Positions 60,458-64,000 of a DNA stretch of 64,000 bases are shown piece after piece. Both the position numbers and the translations under genes were made by a program. This stretch comes from an uncultured Desulfosarcina sp. (GTDB taxonomy: Bacteria > Desulfobacterota > Desulfobacteria > Desulfobacterales > Desulfosarcinaceae). Numbering within the stretch: the first letter of the stretch is position 1; each line of letters opens with the position of its first letter. The stretch covers positions 1,216,001 to 1,280,000 of the forward strand of contig CAXXWQ010000003.1 in the NCBI GenBank assembly GCA_963674945.2, read 5' to 3'. The notes under the pieces are model-generated. The model searched no databases, had not been told where the DNA came from, and saw only the letters and a list, made by a program, of their open reading frames with translations.

Positions 60458-62908
60458 TCACTGCGCCAGTGCTTCCTTTACCTTGGCCGCCAACCCCTCA
60501 ACGGAAAATGGTTTCTGAATAAATTGCACCCCTTCATCCAAAACGCCCTGATGGGCAATCACGTCATCGGTATAGCCTGACATATACAGCACCCGAATGT
60601 TCGGATATTTTTCGGCAACCTTCATATACAGGTCCCGTCCATTCGTATCGGGCATGACCACGTCGGTCAGCAGAAGGTCGACGGGTCCGTCGTGAGCGGC
60701 CAGGACCTGTAAGGCCGACGAACCGTTCTCCGCGAGAAGAAGTTTGTACCCCAGTCTCTCCAATACCGCTTTCGTCAGCTTGCGCACCTGTTCGTTGTCC
60801 TCCACGATCAGGATGATCTCGGAACCGGTCAACCGCTCCGGGGTGGATTTCGAGTGCTCGGCCCCGACGAAATCTGCATCGGAGACGGGCAAGTAGACGT
60901 CGAATGTGGTTCCTTTCCCCGGCTCGCTGCGGACCATGATATTCCCGCCATGCTGTTTGACGATACCGTAGACGGTGGACAGGCCCAACCCCGTTCCGTG
61001 ATCGCCCTTGGTGGAGTAAAAGGGCTCGAAAATATGCGCCCGGGTCTCATCATCCATGCCGTTTCCGGTATCACGAACCGTCAGCATGATGTATCGTCCG
61101 GCTTTCGTTCCAGGAGACCTCATGGCATCGACGGCATCGATGGTCGCCATGGCGGTTTCAAGAATCAGCGTCCCACCATCGGGCATGGCATCCTGGGCGT
61201 TCACACACAGATTCATGATCACCTGCTCGATCTGCCCCACATCCGCCATGGCGGTTTCCAGGTTGCGGGCTGGAAAAATCTGGATATCGATATCCTCCCG
61301 GATCGTACTCCGAAGAAGCTTCTCAAACCTTTTGATGGTATCGTTCAAATTCAGTGGTTTGTATTCGAGTGTCTGCTTTCGGCTGAAGGCAAGCAACTGG
61401 CGAACCAGGTCCCGTGCCCGGAATCCGGCCTGCACGATCGCCTCGATGGACTCTCCCCTGCTGTCACCCGGGCCGAAATGGTCCATCAGGATTTGACCAT
61501 AACCGATGATGGGGGTAAGCAGGTTGTTCAGATCATGGGCAACGCCGCCGGCCAGCCTGCCGATGGCTTCCACTTTCTGGGATTGGTGGTATTGTTCTTC
61601 CAGCTGCGCCTTTTCCGATTCGAAACGTTTTCGTTCCGTGACATCAATAATGATACCTCTCAGCCCTGAAAAGACACCATCCTTGAAAATGGAATTGGCA
61701 TGAAGGATGATGGGTATCTTCGCCCCGTCCTTTCTTATGGCCTGGTATTCCTGGCCCCCAGGGGCCTCTCCCTTCATCTGTCTGGCGATATTTGCTTTGG
61801 CTCGTTCATGATCTTCGGGTGCGATCAGAGACAGCCCGTTGATCCCCCGGTTCAGGTCATCCACACAATAGTGGAAAAGGTCGAAGGCACACTGGTTGGC
61901 AAATGTCAGGTCGATCTTTTCATCCGTCTCGAAAACCGCCACGGGCAACATGCCCACCAGGCCCCGGAATCGTTCTTCGCTGTTTTTCAGTGCCTCTTCG
62001 GCCAATTTCCGTTGGGTCAGGTCGTGAGCACTGGCGACGACACCGCTGATTTCCCCCGTTTCATCCCGATACGGGCGATAGACCACATCCATGAACCTGC
62101 GCCCGATCCCGGCAAAGCGAAACCATGATTGAAATTGAACCGTTTCTCCCGTAAGGGCCCGATCCAGGTACCCTTTGATCAGATTCTCGAAAATCTCTTT
62201 ACCGGCGAGCGCAACCATGGGAATCCCGACGATTGTTTCCCTCCCCCTGGCATGGGCCTTTTCATATGAAGTATTCACGGCCCGATAAACATAATCCTTA
62301 TCCACGAAGGACATCAGATCATCGCTCGATGAAATGATGTGCTCGTACCGAAGCAGGGTCTCTCTGCTTTTTTTCAACGACTCTTCCGCCCGTTTTCGAG
62401 CGGTAATGTCCTGAAATGTTTCGATGGCGCCTGCAACTCTTCCCGAAGCGTCCGGCAGAGGGGTCGCCGTGAAAAACAGCCATTTGCCGTCTTTTCCCAG
62501 ATTCGGGAAAAAACCCTGTGCTTCGTATGCGCCGTCCACCAATTCCGATTTCGAATAATCATCTCCATAGTATTGGGAAACGATATCAGCCGAAACCCCA
62601 TCGACGATGAGATCGGCAAGAACGGGTCGCTGCTTGGGATAAAAGGCCTTCCAGGCCTTTTGTTTCCCGATCATTTCGGTGGAAGCAATGCCCGTGAGCT
62701 TTTCACAGGCCCTGTTCCAATGGGTGACCACATGGTTGCGGTCGATCACAAATGTGGGGATCGCCGTTGCAAAAATGACATGGGAAAACTCCTTGTCCGC
62801 CTTCGGGCCTTGCTTTTCGACATCCATTCGTGCGGCAAGAGCCTGCTCCAGTTCCCGGACACGTTTTTCCAGATCTTCACAGGATGGTTGATTGACCATA
62901 TCGAACAT
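60458..62908 (-). CDS. Multi-PAS hybrid sensor histidine kinase with receiver domain
   Basis: Three PAS/PAC units; GGVAHDLNN, NLCVNAQDAM, DTGNGM, GTGLGL; receiver LLTDVVMP...KPF. Confidence 0.95.
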   Translation of the reverse strand: MFDMVNQPSCEDLEKRVRELEQALAARMDVEKQGPKADKEFSHVIFATAIPTFVIDRNHVVTHWNRACEKLTGIASTEMIGKQKAWKAFYPKQRPVLADLIVDGVSADIVSQYYGDDYSKSELVDGAYEAQGFFPNLGKDGKWLFFTATPLPDASGRVAGAIETFQDITARKRAEESLKKSRETLLRYEHIISSSDDLMSFVDKDYVYRAVNTSYEKAHARGRETIVGIPMVALAGKEIFENLIKGYLDRALTGETVQFQSWFRFAGIGRRFMDVVYRPYRDETGEISGVVASAHDLTQRKLAEEALKNSEERFRGLVGMLPVAVFETDEKIDLTFANQCAFDLFHYCVDDLNRGINGLSLIAPEDHERAKANIARQMKGEAPGGQEYQAIRKDGAKIPIILHANSIFKDGVFSGLRGIIIDVTERKRFESEKAQLEEQYHQSQKVEAIGRLAGGVAHDLNNLLTPIIGYGQILMDHFGPGDSRGESIEAIVQAGFRARDLVRQLLAFSRKQTLEYKPLNLNDTIKRFEKLLRSTIREDIDIQIFPARNLETAMADVGQIEQVIMNLCVNAQDAMPDGGTLILETAMATIDAVDAMRSPGTKAGRYIMLTVRDTGNGMDDETRAHIFEPFYSTKGDHGTGLGLSTVYGIVKQHGGNIMVRSEPGKGTTFDVYLPVSDADFVGAEHSKSTPERLTGSEIILIVEDNEQVRKLTKAVLERLGYKLLLAENGSSALQVLAAHDGPVDLLLTDVVMPDTNGRDLYMKVAEKYPNIRVLYMSGYTDDVIAHQGVLDEGVQFIQKPFSVEGLAAKVKEALAQ

Positions 62909-63109
62909 CCTTTATTGGCGTGACGGAGACGGATATGGTGAAAGTGTCACCGGGGAAGGTGGGAAATCCGTGTTTGGCGAAAAAATTTACGATGAATAGA
63001 GTGGCGTGCGCATTTCGGTGACAACAAAGATTCGGATCGATGGCCGGTTACGAAAAACCGGCCATATTGAAACATTCAACCATCCTGTCTGGGGGATGGG
63101 TGAGGGTTT

Positions 63110-63538
63110 TCATATGCCAAATTTTCTTAGTACCGCGATCACGCGATCCTGGCTCTGTTTCTGAACGATGACCGCCTTTTTGTGGTGCGCCTTCTTGATT
63201 TTCTCGGACAGGGCGTCCAGATCTGCCGGTTTTTCAACGAAATCGATGGCCCCCGCCTTGATTGCCTCGACGCTTTTTTCCACGGTGGCCTGGCCGGTAA
63301 GAAGGATGATCTGCATCTCCGGCTTCCTTTCCTTGATGGCCTTCAAAGCCTGGATGCCATCCATCTCCGGCATCATGAAGTCCATGACCACAGCGTCGAA
63401 GGAATCGGTTTCCATCAAGGACAATGCCTCGGATGCCGATGTGGAGGTGATGACCTCCATGTCTCTTGCGCGCATGCGTTCTGCCATGATGTCCAAGAAC
63501 TCCGCTTCGTCATCAACCAACAATACTCTTTCCTTCAT
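63110..63538 (-). CDS. Receiver-domain response regulator
   Basis: LLVDDE, VMDFMMP, LLTG, FVEKP; AGGAG RBS. Confidence 0.92.
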   Translation of the reverse strand: MKERVLLVDDEAEFLDIMAERMRARDMEVITSTSASEALSLMETDSFDAVVMDFMMPEMDGIQALKAIKERKPEMQIILLTGQATVEKSVEAIKAGAIDFVEKPADLDALSEKIKKAHHKKAVIVQKQSQDRVIAVLRKFGI

Positions 63539-63570
63539 GGTACACTCCTATTTTCTGGATAGACACGTTT

Positions 63571-64000
63571 CTATAACGATAGAATAATCTCATTTGCTTC
63601 GGGTTCAATGGTAATATGGGCATTTGTCATTCGTGCCACCGTCAACATCCGGGAAGATGGGAAATCATCGAGGACCGACATCGCCTGATCCGTCGTCTGG
63701 CGAAACCGCACCCGGACACCGGTCTGGTCGGACTCAACAATTATATCCACCGCCGGCGCTTCTGTATTTGCCTCCAATGAACGTCGAAGACAGGCCCAAA
63801 CCAAATTTTCAAGAAAAAACCGATTCGTGTCAACCATTACCGGCTTGGACGGCAGGGTAAGGATCGGTTCCACCCCCCTCATTGAAATGAGCCGGGAGGT
63901 CAGATCGATGACAAACCGGATCACCTCGCACACATCCACGGCCTCCTGGGGATGATCGGCACTGTGGGCGAACCGGTTCATATTCTTTACGATCCGATCC
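63571..64000 (-). CDS. C-terminal part of a degenerate histidine-kinase-like protein (runs off the window)
   Basis: IVKNMNRFAHSAD followed by an HATPase-like pattern lacking clear G boxes; upstream of a receiver gene. Confidence 0.6.
   Translation of the reverse strand, partial: DRIVKNMNRFAHSADHPQEAVDVCEVIRFVIDLTSRLISMRGVEPILTLPSKPVMVDTNRFFLENLVWACLRRSLEANTEAPAVDIIVESDQTGVRVRFRQTTDQAMSVLDDFPSSRMLTVARMTNAHITIEPEANEIILSL

Overview
Bacterial chromosomal window whose gene content (hcp, desulfoferrodoxin, Lon-like protease, many receiver proteins) and intergenic repeats suggest an anaerobic Desulfobacterota-type organism; this taxonomy is inferred. The left half (about 1.7-30 kb) is an accessory stress/osmolyte region in visible decay. 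At least six genes are reduced to deletion-fused or nonsense-interrupted remnants (MetE-like, sdhA/sdhB, sucrose-phosphate synthase, PLD/EEP, glycoside hydrolase, Asn-synthetase-like amidotransferase), interleaved with intact amylosucrase, HAD phosphatase, hcp, dfx, class I aldolase, USPs and a NarL-type two-component system. This half also carries two small Cys-rich peptide genes behind divergent sigma54-like promoters and a recurrent 18-bp palindrome (ATAGGG-N6-CCCTAT). The right half holds a CheY/CheX/Ser-Thr kinase module, a Lon-like protease, a diguanylate cyclase, a polar amino-acid ABC transporter, an ArsR-permease-thioredoxin-rhodanese-TSUP cluster, an SH3/M48 protease/cNMP-binding MscS/CHASE2 adenylate cyclase cluster interleaved with two MITE-like repeats, a PopZ-like acidic protein directly upstream of valS, nadC, a rhomboid-DnaJ-C fusion and a PAS hybrid kinase. 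No rRNA, tRNA, CRISPR array or transposase was recognised. All family calls are by eye from motifs; no searches were run.
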